Under the pieces are notes generated by a model. The model worked only from the letters and a program-made list of their open reading frames with translations, had not been told where the DNA came from and did no database searches. This document shows, piece by piece, positions 1 to 11,699 of a stretch of DNA of 64,000 bases. The translations under genes and the position numbers were made by a program. This DNA comes from Carcharhinus amblyrhynchos. Its lineage: Eukaryota. Position 1 is the stretch's first letter; every line of letters starts with the position of its first letter. The stretch covers positions 42,036,001-42,100,000 of the forward strand of contig OZ336872.1 of assembly GCA_965287045.1 (NCBI GenBank). The letters run 5' to 3'.

Positions 1-719
1 CAAGGGTTGGGTATTGGTAAGGAAGATAAATCTTCTGCATAAAAGGGAAGCCAAAGTTTTCTTCTCAAATGTCCTCAGAAATTCTTTTATGTAATTTTCC
101 CTTCTGAAACATTATCTAAGCTCCAGGTACATTATACAGCATTATAATTATCTGTTTATTTTCAGCCTTAATGTGGGAACATGAATGCAATTGAACTCAC
201 CTGCTCTACCATGTACATTAATTACTTCCTCACTATAATTTTGAAGGAACAAAATAGCAGAGGTATCCTGGGCTTCAAACACCTTTCAGTGAGTTAGGTG
301 GAGCTTCTGAAACTAGTTACTTTGTCAAGCACGACACAACAAAAACTTTCCAGACCTTGTGAAACAAAATAGGGACTTACCCTTCCCTCATAAAAGACTT
401 TCCATTTGTCCTCATTATCTATTTTGATAAAAACCCATTTATTTGATTATTGTGCTAATTTGAAGCAAAACAGCTAATTGCAACATAGATATTTATACAA
501 TTCAGCAAAATATTTTACACGTATGAGTAATGCCTTTAGCTTTATATAATGCAGTCAATTTCGATTGTATGTCCATTATTTTTCTATGGAAATTGTTCAA
601 GAATTCAGAATATGTTATCCAATATTAATTAATAATTTTATATGGTAAAGTTTCTTGAACACTACCTATGATAATCACCTTTCTGGCTAAGTGTAAGCTC
701 AAGAGTTCTAAACAAATGA

Positions 720-1370
720 CAGGGTGACACAATGGTTAGCACTGCTATCTTGCAGAGCCAGGGAATTGGGTTCAATTCCAGCCTTGGATGACTGCATGGA
801 GTTTGCACGTACTCTCCATTTCTGCATGGGTTTCCTCCAGGTGCTCTGTTTTTTTCCCACAGTTCAAAGATATTCAGGTTAGGTGGATTGGCCACACTAA
901 ATTATCCCTTAGTATCCCAAGATGTGTAGGTTAGGGAAATTTATGGGGTAAATGTCATAGAGTAGAACCATAATATCCTTTAGTGCAGAAGGAGGCCATT
1001 TGGCCTAGTGATCACAATCCCCCCAGGCCCTATCCCCGCAATGCCCCCATAATTACCCCACGGATCCCTCTAACCTACGTATCCTGGGAAACTAAAGGGC
1101 AATTTAGCATGGCCAATCAACCTAACCCATACATCTTTGGAGTGTGGGAGGAAACTGGAGCACCCAGAGGAAACCTACGCAGACACGGAGAAAACATGCA
1201 AACTCCACACAGACAGTGACCCAAGCTGGGAATCGAACCCAGGTCCCTGGAGCTGTGAGGCAGCAGTGCTAACCACTGTGCCAACATGCCGCCCCCTGTT
1301 TGGAGTTACAGGGATGGACTTGGGTGGGAAGCTCTTTTGGAGAGTCGGTACTGACTTGATGGGTCTACAA
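720..1370 (+). mobile_element. HE1/V-SINE-like tRNA-derived SINE, split by a nested copy (pieces 720-955 and 1295-1370)
   Basis: Head tggttagcactgct...gggttcaattcc and V-domain tggagtttgcacgtactctcc...gggtttcctccaggtgctc. The 3' part resumes after 1294. Confidence 0.8.
956..1294 (-). mobile_element. HE1-like SINE, full length, nested in opposite orientation
   Basis: Reverse complement starts gggcggcatgttggcacagtggttagcactgctgcctcacag and ends in a CR1/HER1-like tail ggcctccttctgcactaaagg...tctatg. Confidence 0.9.
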
Positions 1371-1857
1371 TAAGAATGGGAATAATTTCTCAATAATAAA
1401 TTTACAGTTTTGTTAATGTATTGCTTCAATTTTGAATGTTGGTACAAGCAACAAAAGTTACCAATGGTAATAAAGCATACTGTATAAGCTAATACTTTTT
1501 GGGCTATAAATATGAAGAAAGTGTGTAAGTTAGACTGAAATTTACAGCTGGAATCTATGATAAATATGAATTTCTTGTAGATATTCAAAGGGAGTTAGAT
1601 ATTAGATAAGGACAGGAGTGGACACTGAAATATTGCCCATTATGGTTGAACAGTTTGCCAACAGTCACTGCCTAGTTTTGCACATGAGAATACAACTTCA
1701 GAAACATTCTGGAGGATGATAAGGATCTGTGGATTCCATAGCCCATCAAGTGTCAGTACTTTCAGGGGTGGATGGGAAAAACAAATATATTTACATGCAT
1801 TATTAAATCAAATATCCAGTATTATGGATATATGGTCCATCTGGTTAGCAGCTACCA

Positions 1858-2182
1858 CAGCAAAAAGTCTGACAACACCAGGTTTAAGTCCAACCAATTT
1901 ATTTGATAGTACACTCACAAGCTTTCAGGTTAGTCCCTTCGTCAGGTGAATGGAGAGTTCTGGCCTCTGACAGAGCATATAAAGCACAGACAGTTTACAG
2001 ACATTGTAAACTGTCTGTGCTTTATATGCTCTGTCTGAGGCCAGAACTCTCCATTCACCTGACGAAGGGACTAACCCGAAAGTTAGTGAATTTACTATCA
2101 AATAAATCGGTTGGACTTAAACCTGGTGTTGTCAGACTTTTTACTGTGTTTACCCCAGTCCAACGTTGGCATATCCACATCA
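1858..2182. mobile_element. Penelope-like fold-back (inverted pseudo-LTR) element with hammerhead-like cores
   Basis: Arms 1858-1999 and 2005-2146, 5-nt loop, about 35-nt unpaired tail. TSD tagcagctacca (1846-1857) / tagcaggtacca (2183-2194). CTGACGA...GAAA core in each arm. Confidence 0.75.
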
Positions 2183-2407
2183 TAGCAGGTACCAACCAAG
2201 CAAAAGAAAGAGACAACATAAATAAAGATACGTAGAGAAATCAGACGACTTAAAGAACAGTGTAGGTCAAATGTATAAAATTGAGAAAAAAAGTCAATCA
2301 GAAATAAAAATATACAAAAAGTGCAATATAAAGTATTTAAAGCTATGTTCAAAAAAAGAAATCCAAAGAATTAAAGAAAAAAATCGCAGGACAAACAGAA
2401 AGGCAAA

Positions 2408-2615
2408 GGACAGGATTTTCTAGCCCCCATTGGCAGATTTCGGCACCACGGATACGGCAAGATATTGGCTACTGGCAAGATTTCCTGGTCCTACTGAAGT
2501 CTATGGGCTTTTGCGTGGCTCACCTGCTCTGCCACTGGGGAAACCGCTGCAAGGGGTCAATTTGGCTGGGACTGGGGGAATCCTCCTGGGGGGGGGGGGC
2601 TGGAAAATCCAGCCC
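2408..2615. mobile_element. MITE (non-autonomous DNA transposon, probably PIF/Harbinger type)
   Basis: Terminal inverted repeats ggacaggattttctagcccc / ggggctggaaaatccagccc; no coding capacity. Confidence 0.7.
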
Positions 2616-2706
2616 AAAGAATTAGACATTGTGGGACACACAGAAAAAGAGTTAACAGCCGTGTTGTTATGAGTAGGTATATACTCTTTGTCACGCTCAG
2701 TTTTAT

Positions 2707-3068
2707 GGGGAGGTGGTGGCGTAGTGTACTGTCACTGGACTAGTAATCCAGAGACTCAGGGTGAGATCTGGGGCCCTGGGTTCAAATCCTACAGTGGCAG
2801 ATGATGACATTTGCATTCAATTAAAAAAATGGAATTCAAAGTCTAATGAAATCAATCTCAATTGCCATAAAAACCCATATGGTTCACGAATGCCCTTTAT
2901 GGAAGGAAATCTGCTGTCTTTATCTGGTCTGACCTTCGTGTGACTCCAGATCCACAGCAATGTGATTGACTTCTTAAAATGCCCTTTGAAATGGAAGGCA
3001 GTTACGGATGGGAAATAAATGCTGGCCCAGCCAGTGATGCCCACATGCCATGAAAGAATTTTTAAAAA
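2707..3068 (+). mobile_element. tRNA-derived SINE with LINE-derived 3' tail
   Basis: A box tggcgtagtg, B box gggttcaaatcc. Tail aaatgctggcccagccagtgatgcccacat is shared with LINE ends near 25440 and 61170. Confidence 0.8.
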
Positions 3069-4139
3069 GTCTCAGAGACCTGGGAGCATGTCATCGCCAA
3101 AAAACTGCCTTTCAAGCAATTTAGTAAAATATATAATCTACCAGTTTTCCGCCACTTTAAGATGTGCAAAAACACACCACAGCAGAATTGTTGGATCAAA
3201 GGAATAACCAAACAATAAGGCCAGTCAACCCACAATTTACTGTCAGCCAGCTATCAGAAGCCAATTGGTCTCTAAAAGTCACCTGTCTACAAACATTCTT
3301 CAACCAGAAGGAGCTACTTATTCAGAACCAATAGTTAGTCGCTCATTCACCATCAGCAGAAGTGGGGGCTGAGTTATGATACATTAGGCTATGAGCGTAG
3401 GGTTTGGAATCATCAGTGATGCCAGAGGGATATGAGGCAGAGCTGTTTACTGTATTAACGTAGATATTTCAGCGAATAAAATGTACATGAGTGGGACCAT
3501 CAATTCTAGAATCACCATAATCTGTGCTCTGAAGTGTGGCCATGTGGACCAACACCTCTACTGGTAGTAATTCCTTTGTATTTGGACTCACTTGAAAAGA
3601 ATCGTGTTTTAGAATTTGGAAATAAAATTGAGGAATGACATTAATTTAACATATTAGAACAACAAACAGTTACCAAGTTACTTCATGTAATCTTCCTGAT
3701 CGATGTCTTTAACTGATTTTGCTCCATTTTGAATTTGCAATACAAAAGCTACACTACTTGTGAAATATTTCACCTAAAATACCCTTTTTCTTGACTGTAG
3801 GCACGTGCAGCTCTGCAAATGAGTATTAAGCTTACAGAAAGACACAAATGAAAGCTTTCTCCACATATACAAACTGTATGTAATGATGGGCCAGATCTTC
3901 TAATGCCAGCCTTTGCAAATGTTAAGGAGTCTGATTTACAATCCATCAGAGGTCCTGACATACACTTAAGTGCTCTAATAGCCTGGTAAGTTTAAGCATT
4001 GAAGGGTTTAATTACGCTGCAAATTTCCCTCAACTAATCACACTTTTGGAGACTTGGGTTAGGTATGCACTACTTACCCATATACTTACCCTAAGATAGT
4101 TACACTTCTTAATCTCTGCTGGGGCTCAATGATTAACAG

Positions 4140-4740
4140 CACAGTTCAACCCAGCACCTCCCATATACCCAATCACCTCCCTGAACTGGCTACTCACCCA
4201 ATTGCATCCCCAAGAACCTGACAGCCCAGCCCACTGAACTAAACACACACCCCCACAAAAGACTGGCCACATCTTTCTGGCCTGACTGCTCAAATGATAC
4301 AATTTCCCTTCCAATTGTCCAACCCTCCAACCTGACTTCCCATCCTCCGCCAACTCAACTACCAGCACAGCTACTGACCTGTCTTCTCACCCTCCTCTGA
4401 CCTGACTGCCCATACACCTGTATTTTCCACTCACATAATGACCTGACTGCCCGTATGCTGGGAGCCAACTTCCCACACACCTCCTAACCTGACTGCCCAC
4501 CTGCCCCCTGCTGCAACTGCCCACTCACCACCTCACCCAAATGCCCATATGCTCCCGACCTAACTGTCCACCTGACTGCTCATAACCCAAATGCCCACTC
4601 TTCCCAGACCCGACTGCCAATCCTCTCCCGATTACCCACCCCATCAATGTGACAACCTAAACCACACCCCCCTACCTGACCACCAATCCTCACAGGACCC
4701 TTTCCAGCTTGATTTCACATCCCCCATCTAGCCTTCACCC
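4140..4740. repeat. Degenerate C-rich minisatellite, recurring cctgactgccc motif
   Basis: Motif copies near 4400, 4442, 4488, 4571, 4608 and 4675 with roughly 40-45 bp spacing. Confidence 0.6.
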
Positions 4741-5463
4741 ACTCACTGAAAACTTTTGAGATCTTTATAAATACTTACCTGCAGTGGTGTTGGGGGAAGT
4801 GCTTTCCATTGCTCCTGTTTGTCATTTCCTTTGGTGGATTGGTTGAGCTGAAGCATCGCTGCTCAGCCGGGGGAGGAATACCCGACCAAAAGACCATGAA
4901 AAGGGAAAGATGCAGTGAGCTTCGCAGTCAGCAGTGATCCCCCCAGCTTTGCTGCTGACTGCAAGATAGTGTTCTTTATTCAACAAATTCCAGATGAGCA
5001 GGCACAGCTCCAACTCTTGTTGCAAGCACAGACTATGGAATGAACTATGGTATGTGGAAGGACATGAAACACAAGGACAAAGACTGCATCTTCTGTTTGC
5101 ATTGCAAGGCAAACAGCCATTCTTTCATCTAATTGGTGTATCATGCCTGAACATTTGCAGCACGTTTAGTTCAGATGACAGGATGATTATCTAGTATCGT
5201 TGTGTACTAGCATGTTTGCTATATATAAAATAGAATAAAGGCAGAGGTGAAAACATCTATTGTAGCTTCTTTCATCATATTCTGTAGATCAAAGGAAATT
5301 AATTGTGAGAATCACAGTTTAGATCGCTGACAATTCGTGGCAAATATCCCAAAGTCAGATGCAATGTCGTGTTTACTTTGAGCAAGAGAATAGCTGAGAT
5401 TCTTAGGCTTTTAACAGAAGAACTCATTTGGAACATTTTCTTCTTTAAATTATAATTAGTTAC

Positions 5464-5565
5464 CTTCCATGTAGCTGCATTGCGTCTGAAGTAGGCAAAC
5501 ATTCGTGTAAACCAGTTATATATTTCATTTAGTGTTAGCTGCTTTTCTGGAGATTCAAGAATTGC
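5464..5565 (-). CDS. FOXP1: FOXP1 coding exon, forkhead domain middle part (102 nt, phase 0 to 0); next exon is beyond the left edge
   Basis: tgtctcag|GCAATT...TGGAAG|gtaact. Translates [34 protein letters not shown], identical to recalled FOXP1. Confidence 0.98.
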
Positions 5566-5892
5566 CTGAGACAAAAATACAGTTTGTGATATGACAATTG
5601 TAGATGTTTCTTTTAATTAACAGAAATTTATGAACTTGAGGAAGAAATTCATATTCTTAAATTACCTTATTTCAACACTAAGTGTGTTTTAATGTAGATA
5701 AAGAAAAATGTGAATTATAACAAAGATAATGGACCTTGACTAGATTATTTTCATAATTAGCAAATTAATTTTCTTATAATTATGCATTTATATTAAAGCA
5801 AAAGCTACAGCAAGATGCATAATACTCAGAGGTGCTTCAATATTTTTAGCACCCAGTCAAGGTGATAATTTATAATTAGCTGCACTGGTCAT

Positions 5893-6012
5893 GCTAAATT
5901 TTCCCTCAGTGTACCCAGACAGGTGCCAGAGTGCGGTGACTAGGGGATTTTCACAGTAACTTCATTGCAATGTTAATTTAAGCCTACTTGTGACACTAAT
6001 AAATAAATAAAT
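5893..6012 (+). mobile_element. 5'-truncated SINE/LINE 3' tail
   Basis: gactaggggattttcacagtaacttcattgc...gcctacttgtgacactaat(aaat)n; resembles a common shark repeat tail (from memory). Confidence 0.6.
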
Positions 6013-6134
6013 ACTTTGTTGTTGATCAATTTACATATCAACTTTCATGGGTTTTAAGTGTTTCACAAAATTATGTTCTTACTTAAGTATCTGAATGTCA
6101 AGATTGTTTTTAAAAAATCAAGAATTGTACTCAC

Positions 6135-6211
6135 CTGCCTTATTAATGAAGCGTATGTGAAGGGAGGTCTAACATCTGCATTTTTGTAGAATTCTTGATT
6201 TTGAGCAATGT
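6135..6211 (-). CDS. FOXP1: FOXP1 coding exon, start of forkhead domain (77 nt, phase 1 to 0)
   Basis: aatttcag|ACATTGCT...AGGCAG|gtgagt. Translates (D)[25 protein letters not shown]. Confidence 0.97.
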
Positions 6212-6407
6212 CTGAAATTAGACATAAACTTCTATTAACGTCTATAATGTACTTGGGGGAAAACGTAGCTCCAAAGTTGTAACACAAAATAATATATATT
6301 ACAGCTGATTCATTCTCATTATAATTTTAAGAGTAACCTTTCATCAGGTAATAATTTGCAAAGTAAAAACTGAATACATCAATGACTACTGGAACAAAAG
6401 ATCCTAC

Positions 6408-6609
6408 CTGATGATATTGGCACATTGTACTTGTCTGGGTATCGCCGCCGGATGGGTCCCATGCTATGCATGCTGGTTGGGGTAATAACAGAGGGTCCCT
6501 GTGTGACGGGGGTTATGGGGGTTGTTGGTGTTGTAGGGGTGTGAGGTAAGCTCTGTGGAGATGCCTCGGATGCAGTCTTTGATAACGTGACATTCGATAC
6601 CAGGTTCAG
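6408..6609 (-). CDS. FOXP1: FOXP1 coding exon, CtBP-binding (P)LNLV motif and Pro/Thr-rich linker (202 nt, phase 0 to 1)
   Basis: ctttgtag|CTGAAC...TCATCAG|gtagga. Translates [67 protein letters not shown](D). Confidence 0.97.
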
Positions 6610-6689
6610 CTACAAAGATAGATTGAGGATGAGATTTGGGTAATGGTGGAAAAAAGGAGAAAGGGGAAAGCTTTAACAGGCTTGACAAA

Positions 6690-7440
6690 TAACAGTGCGA
6701 ATCACACCTACCACTGTGCTGCCACTAATAAGCTACAGAGGAAGCAGACAATCTCAGCTAATTAAAAGATGAAATTGTATTGAAAGGACTCTAATTAAGA
6801 GATGCTTATGGAGGTGATCTAATGATTAAATGCTGCATCAAACTGACCCCATCATCAGCCCATAGTGACACAAGATGTCTGAAGAATTTTTTATCGAAAC
6901 AGTAATTTTTTGAGGAGGAGACAGTGATATTCGCAATAATAGCTATGAGGTAAACTAATTAAAGTGGAGCTCTGAAGCCAGAATGGCTGTAAGCAGCTGT
7001 TCTGTTCTAGCTTGCAGCTGCAGCCATTCCAAACCAGCTCCAAATCTCAACAGAGGCACTCCAGTCAACTGGAAAATTTCAGACTGACCTCTGCTCTTGC
7101 TATTAATTTGGAGGAAAACTAATGACACAAATACATATTCCCACAAAATTGTTCTAATTGCTAATTTGCCAAAGGAACTGAGTTTCCAAATTAAATATGA
7201 CTGCAATCGGTAGAAAAGAAAGCACCAACGCGGGCGTCGTGGGGAAAGGTGTTTCATCTATGACAATCACTTGTGAATTGCGTTAACAAATTAATGGAAT
7301 GTCAACTCTGTCAATTGCTTTGGAAGTGTCACTTTTCAATTTTTTTTTGATAACGGCATCAATTACTGCTGATGAGATTCAGCCTGCTGTAGCAATGGAG
7401 GCAGAAGGGTTCAGGTGAAAAGTGTATCACCCATGTTTAA
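6690..7440. promoter_or_regulatory. Candidate conserved non-coding element or enhancer
   Basis: Repeat-free intronic block with clustered CTAATTA/TAATGATTA homeodomain motifs and TGACA/TGTCA motifs. Conservation inferred, not measured. Confidence 0.4.
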
Positions 7441-10400
7441 CACCTCACCCTTCTGCACCTCCTTGTTCACAAGTTCTCCAATTACCAGAGTCCTGCTAAT
7501 AGTCATTATCTGGAGGTTATGCACTTGCTTACTTTAAAACACCACACAAATTACAGAATTCCATCACAGATCAGCCCTATTAAATAACCTTTCCAAACAC
7601 AAGTGAAGAAATATAAAGGCAAACAGACATGGTTTAGTTTAGTAATTTTCAAGCTATTTGTTTTTTTTACATCTCTTGGCTCACTGCACAGTAAATAAAA
7701 TTTTAATCACAAGCCTTGTCCTCTATCAAATATTAAGACAGGAGAAGCATGATGTAATTATATAAACTTGAAATTTGTCATCTACAAAAACAAACAAAAG
7801 TAGTTTTCATAACATGCCTTTAAATAATCTAATGCATATTTAAATAAGGACAAAAGCTCTATTTTTTAAACAATAGTTACATTCCATAATAAAAGAAAAA
7901 GTAATGTGTTGTTAGTACGATATAATGTTGTGTTCACTGATATAAAAGTATTAGGATATTTCAAAAAGTGACATGAAAACTTATGAGAAAATATGCTTAT
8001 ATGGCAGCATTCCCTCACCTCAAACACGCAATATACTTTAGCTTAATTTTGAAAAATATGATCCCATCTTTTGACAATAGTTAAGAATACTTGTTTTTTT
8101 TTACTTCAACTAGCTGCTGGTTAATTGCCAAGATTTTTTAAAAACTTACTATAGACAGCCAGGAAACTGGAGCACTGCCTCATCCTCTTGCTATTTTGAA
8201 GACTTTTAGCAGCACCACTTATTTTTGGCTGAGTTTGACATTAATATTTATTTTCTTTTACAATATTCTTACTAAATCTTCAAAATGGGACAGCTTTTTT
8301 AAACAAAACTGGTCACTATTTAAAACAAAAACAGAATTGCTAAGCTCTATGAATCACATTTCAAATTCAGTATCTTTACAGTGTTGCCTTGAAAGCATTT
8401 TCCATCAGAATTATTCATTTCAACTCAGGCTCAGGTATTTCCCATATCATACTCTTTTCCACTTGTTTAGCAAATTTGATGTGGAAACGAATTAACCTTC
8501 AAGACAGCATACACTGCATGTTGTTTCTTGCAGCTGCAGCAGCTCCGTAAGACAAACATATTAATTTCTATATTGATCACCTGTTAGGTGCCATTGAACA
8601 GGTTTAGAAGTGCTTTTGACTGTTTATAAATCCCTGGCAAGTATTTTTTACCCTTTGTTATAGATATTACTTTTACTATTAACCATGCAAAATGAGAAAT
8701 GTATAACAGTTAATGGAAACATCTTATAAACTGCAATGTTAATTTTGGTCTGTCTGTAAACTGCCAAATTAAATAAAGCAGTAATTTGCAAACTGAAATC
8801 TCTTAACAACAAAAATTGCTACTCTCAGCTTGCTTTAAAAGGTAGCACTTAATGATGCATAATTCTGCTAATAAACAGTATGCTCACATTCTGACATCTG
8901 TTACCCAGCAGAATGATTAATCATCAGAGCCCACTTCTCCTTGATAATAAGACAATATTAATATTTATCAATTGCATGGGTTATTCTGTTCGTCATCGGA
9001 AAATAATTATCAAGTTACCAAGCATGCAACTGAAACTCACTGACAATGGAACACAGGTTAACTATCGGTAAGTCTTGTATTGAGATGACAATTGAAATTG
9101 CCACATTAATTTCAATTTTGCAAAGCAAAATATTTATAACAAAACAATACGTGTGCTCCATTGAAACTCTGAACTGTTACTACCAAGTGTTCTGCACTCA
9201 TATTTATAAATATGTTCTGTTTTTGACATAAAATGGAATTGAATTCAGTGGTACTGAATGCAGTGGTAGGTATATTTTCCATACGTTGACTAGAATTGGA
9301 AAGTTGGGAGCTTATTTTAATTCTTACTCTGGAGTTAAAGATAAGATTTGGAAAAAAATTCAGGCTTAAAACTAAATCACTGTTATACACAAGTGTGATA
9401 TTTATAAAAAAAGGCCTAAGACAATCTGTGCTTTTGACAATGGAAAATCTTAGGCTGAATGGCTGTTGTTTCTCTATGTTAGAAATTCCATTCTTTGAGA
9501 ACTACCAAGGGTATGTAACATTATATCATATATATCGTTGTTTTATTTCCAGTGGTGTTTGACTTGCACTGCATCATTCCTGCTTAAACTACTTCTTCAA
9601 CACTCATGTCACATGTCATTAAAAGGCTGCCATTCAAAGCACTGCTCAATTCCTAAACAGGGCCAGAAAATAGTTCTGAATCTTGAGAACTTGTCTTTCT
9701 CAAATTCACTTGGCTTGGTTGGGTGAGCTAACAACGTCTCTCAGCCAAACCACTAGAAAAAGCACCACAATGTAACAGAGTACTTGATCTTTCATGGGAA
9801 CAGGATAGGGAAATCAGGAGAGCCTGACCCAAAACTGTCGTACTTTTCTGGCTGGAATTGCTAGCAGTTGGTTCAGACGAAATGCAGCATTATTTGTGAA
9901 ATCATTAACTATCATTTACACAAAGTCCACCTTAAGACAGAGTTATAACGATCTCATAGTACCAAGTCTGCGATAATATACTTGACATCTAATATGTGTA
10001 GATTTTATTGTCGAAAAATTTAACTCAAGAGTGGAACTACTGCCATTTTTCCTCATGAAGAACTCCTCCACATATTCTGAGGTAGCATGTCAGTCCAGTG
10101 AAGAATTTCCAATTAATGCCTTATAGCTTTTTTGAAATGTTACATGAGAGTTTCTGTACAGTTAACTCCTTCATGCCACACTTACTCAATTATATCCCAA
10201 CTGGACATTTTAATAAACTAGCATTATCATAGCTGAACAATATGGAAAGTGCTGAAATGTTTATGATAGGACCACCTACCTAGACCATAGCAGTCACTGA
10301 TTGGGATTGTTTAGCAGCTACCCTATAATGTGTATACTTCCCTTGACAATACCACTGGTGTTCTGCCAACTAAAGTCATTTATACATTCCATTTGTGATC

Positions 10401-10724
10401 TGGGTTAGATTCAATTCAAAAATTGAACAGCACTCACTCAAAACTTAAAATACAGATGGCAACCTAGAAACTAGCAAAAGCTGGCCAAAAACATTTAAAC
10501 AAAAGCTGACAAAGCCTCAGTAAAGCTGGCAAATGAAAAAAAATGCTCTGTCTGTAAGCCTATCACTTTAAAAAAACGCAAGGAACTGCAGTGAGGCAGA
10601 ACAAACATTCCATTACTAGCAATCAAGTAAAAAATTAGTTAATACATGAAAGTCAAAACAGAATATAAAAATGGTGAATGCACATCACCCCCAGAAAAAA
10701 TAATTTTGGTAGTATATTTTAATT

Positions 10725-11079
10725 AATCATAGAATCCCTACAGTGCAGAAGGAGCCCATTCGACCCATTGTGGCTGCACCAACTCTCCAACAGAACACCT
10801 AACCCAGGCCCCCAACCCTCTGCTCTATCCCGTAACCCTGCACATTTACCCCACTAATCCCCCTAAACTACACATCTTGGGACACCAAAGGCCAATTTCA
10901 GCATGGCCAATCCACCTAAACTGCACATCTTTGTGGGAGGAAACCAGAGCACCCGGAGGAAACCCACACAGACAGAGGGAGAAATTGCAAACTCTACACA
11001 TTCACCCAAGATCAGAATTGAACACGGGTGTCTGGCGCTGTGAGGCAGCAGTGCTAACCATTCTGACACCATGCCGCCC
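10725..11079 (-). mobile_element. HE1-like SINE, full length
   Basis: Same head, V-domain and tail as 956-1294. Confidence 0.9.
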
Positions 11080-11699
11080 TATTTTCTTAGGTATTTAAAA
11101 TCCTGGATGAACATTTAGATGGCATTAGTATAGACTGGTATTTGATGATCATTACAGACATGGTGGGTCAAAGAGCCTGTTTCTGTGCTGTATGGCAATT
11201 GTAAATCCAAAACAATGAGATATTAGCTAAATTCTATTGAATATTGAAATCTATTTGCAACTTAGGGAATACTTCTTTATGCTCCAGGAGTACCCCAGAT
11301 TTTCACTCCCTGCTCTGCAGACCTAACTTTTAAAGAATGACCGCCTGTAGCTGAGGTTTCCATTCAGTTGGGGGTTGGTGGGAGGTGGGGTAGGGGGTGG
11401 GGGGCGGCAGCAGTGGGCTGCATTGGAACAAGTGTAGAGGCTACCAGCTGTGAAGACTGCCTGGACAGTAGAGGTACTTCTGTTCATTGGCATTTTAAGC
11501 TATTTAAAAAAAGATTAAAACAAAATACAACCTTACAGCCCTCATACTTCAACCTGTGTGGCACACACACAATTCTGGTGCAGCTGGTCCTGGGTGCCAT
11601 TGGGAAAATTGTTAGTCCAGGCACTGGAAACATGTGCTGGAATATGCAGAGTAGTTAAATTGTGACATTGGGCAATGTGTAACACTGGTTTTTTGCCAA

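Noticed and set aside
381-418. Possible 38-nt cryptic exon (atag|ATAATG...GAAGG|gtaagt) on the minus strand
   Set aside because: Weak polypyrimidine tract, frameshifting, and no FOXP similarity.
662-1588. ORFs such as MANPPNL... and MECGRKLEHPEET... (also at 10877, 18357, 20185)
   Set aside because: Chance translations of HE1 SINE sequence recurring at each copy; not genes.
1-5463. Next forkhead exon (NAVRHNLSLHKCF...) or the ES-type alternative exon 18b
   Set aside because: Searched by eye on the minus strand and found no match; presumably beyond the left edge.
5299-6287. Stand-alone ORFs 5299-5574 and 6063-6287
   Set aside because: Exons read through into intron; only the splice-bounded parts are coding.
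11368-11410. G-quadruplex-like G runs (also 54235-54260)
   Set aside because: In or next to decayed repeats and on the non-transcribed strand; no sign of function.
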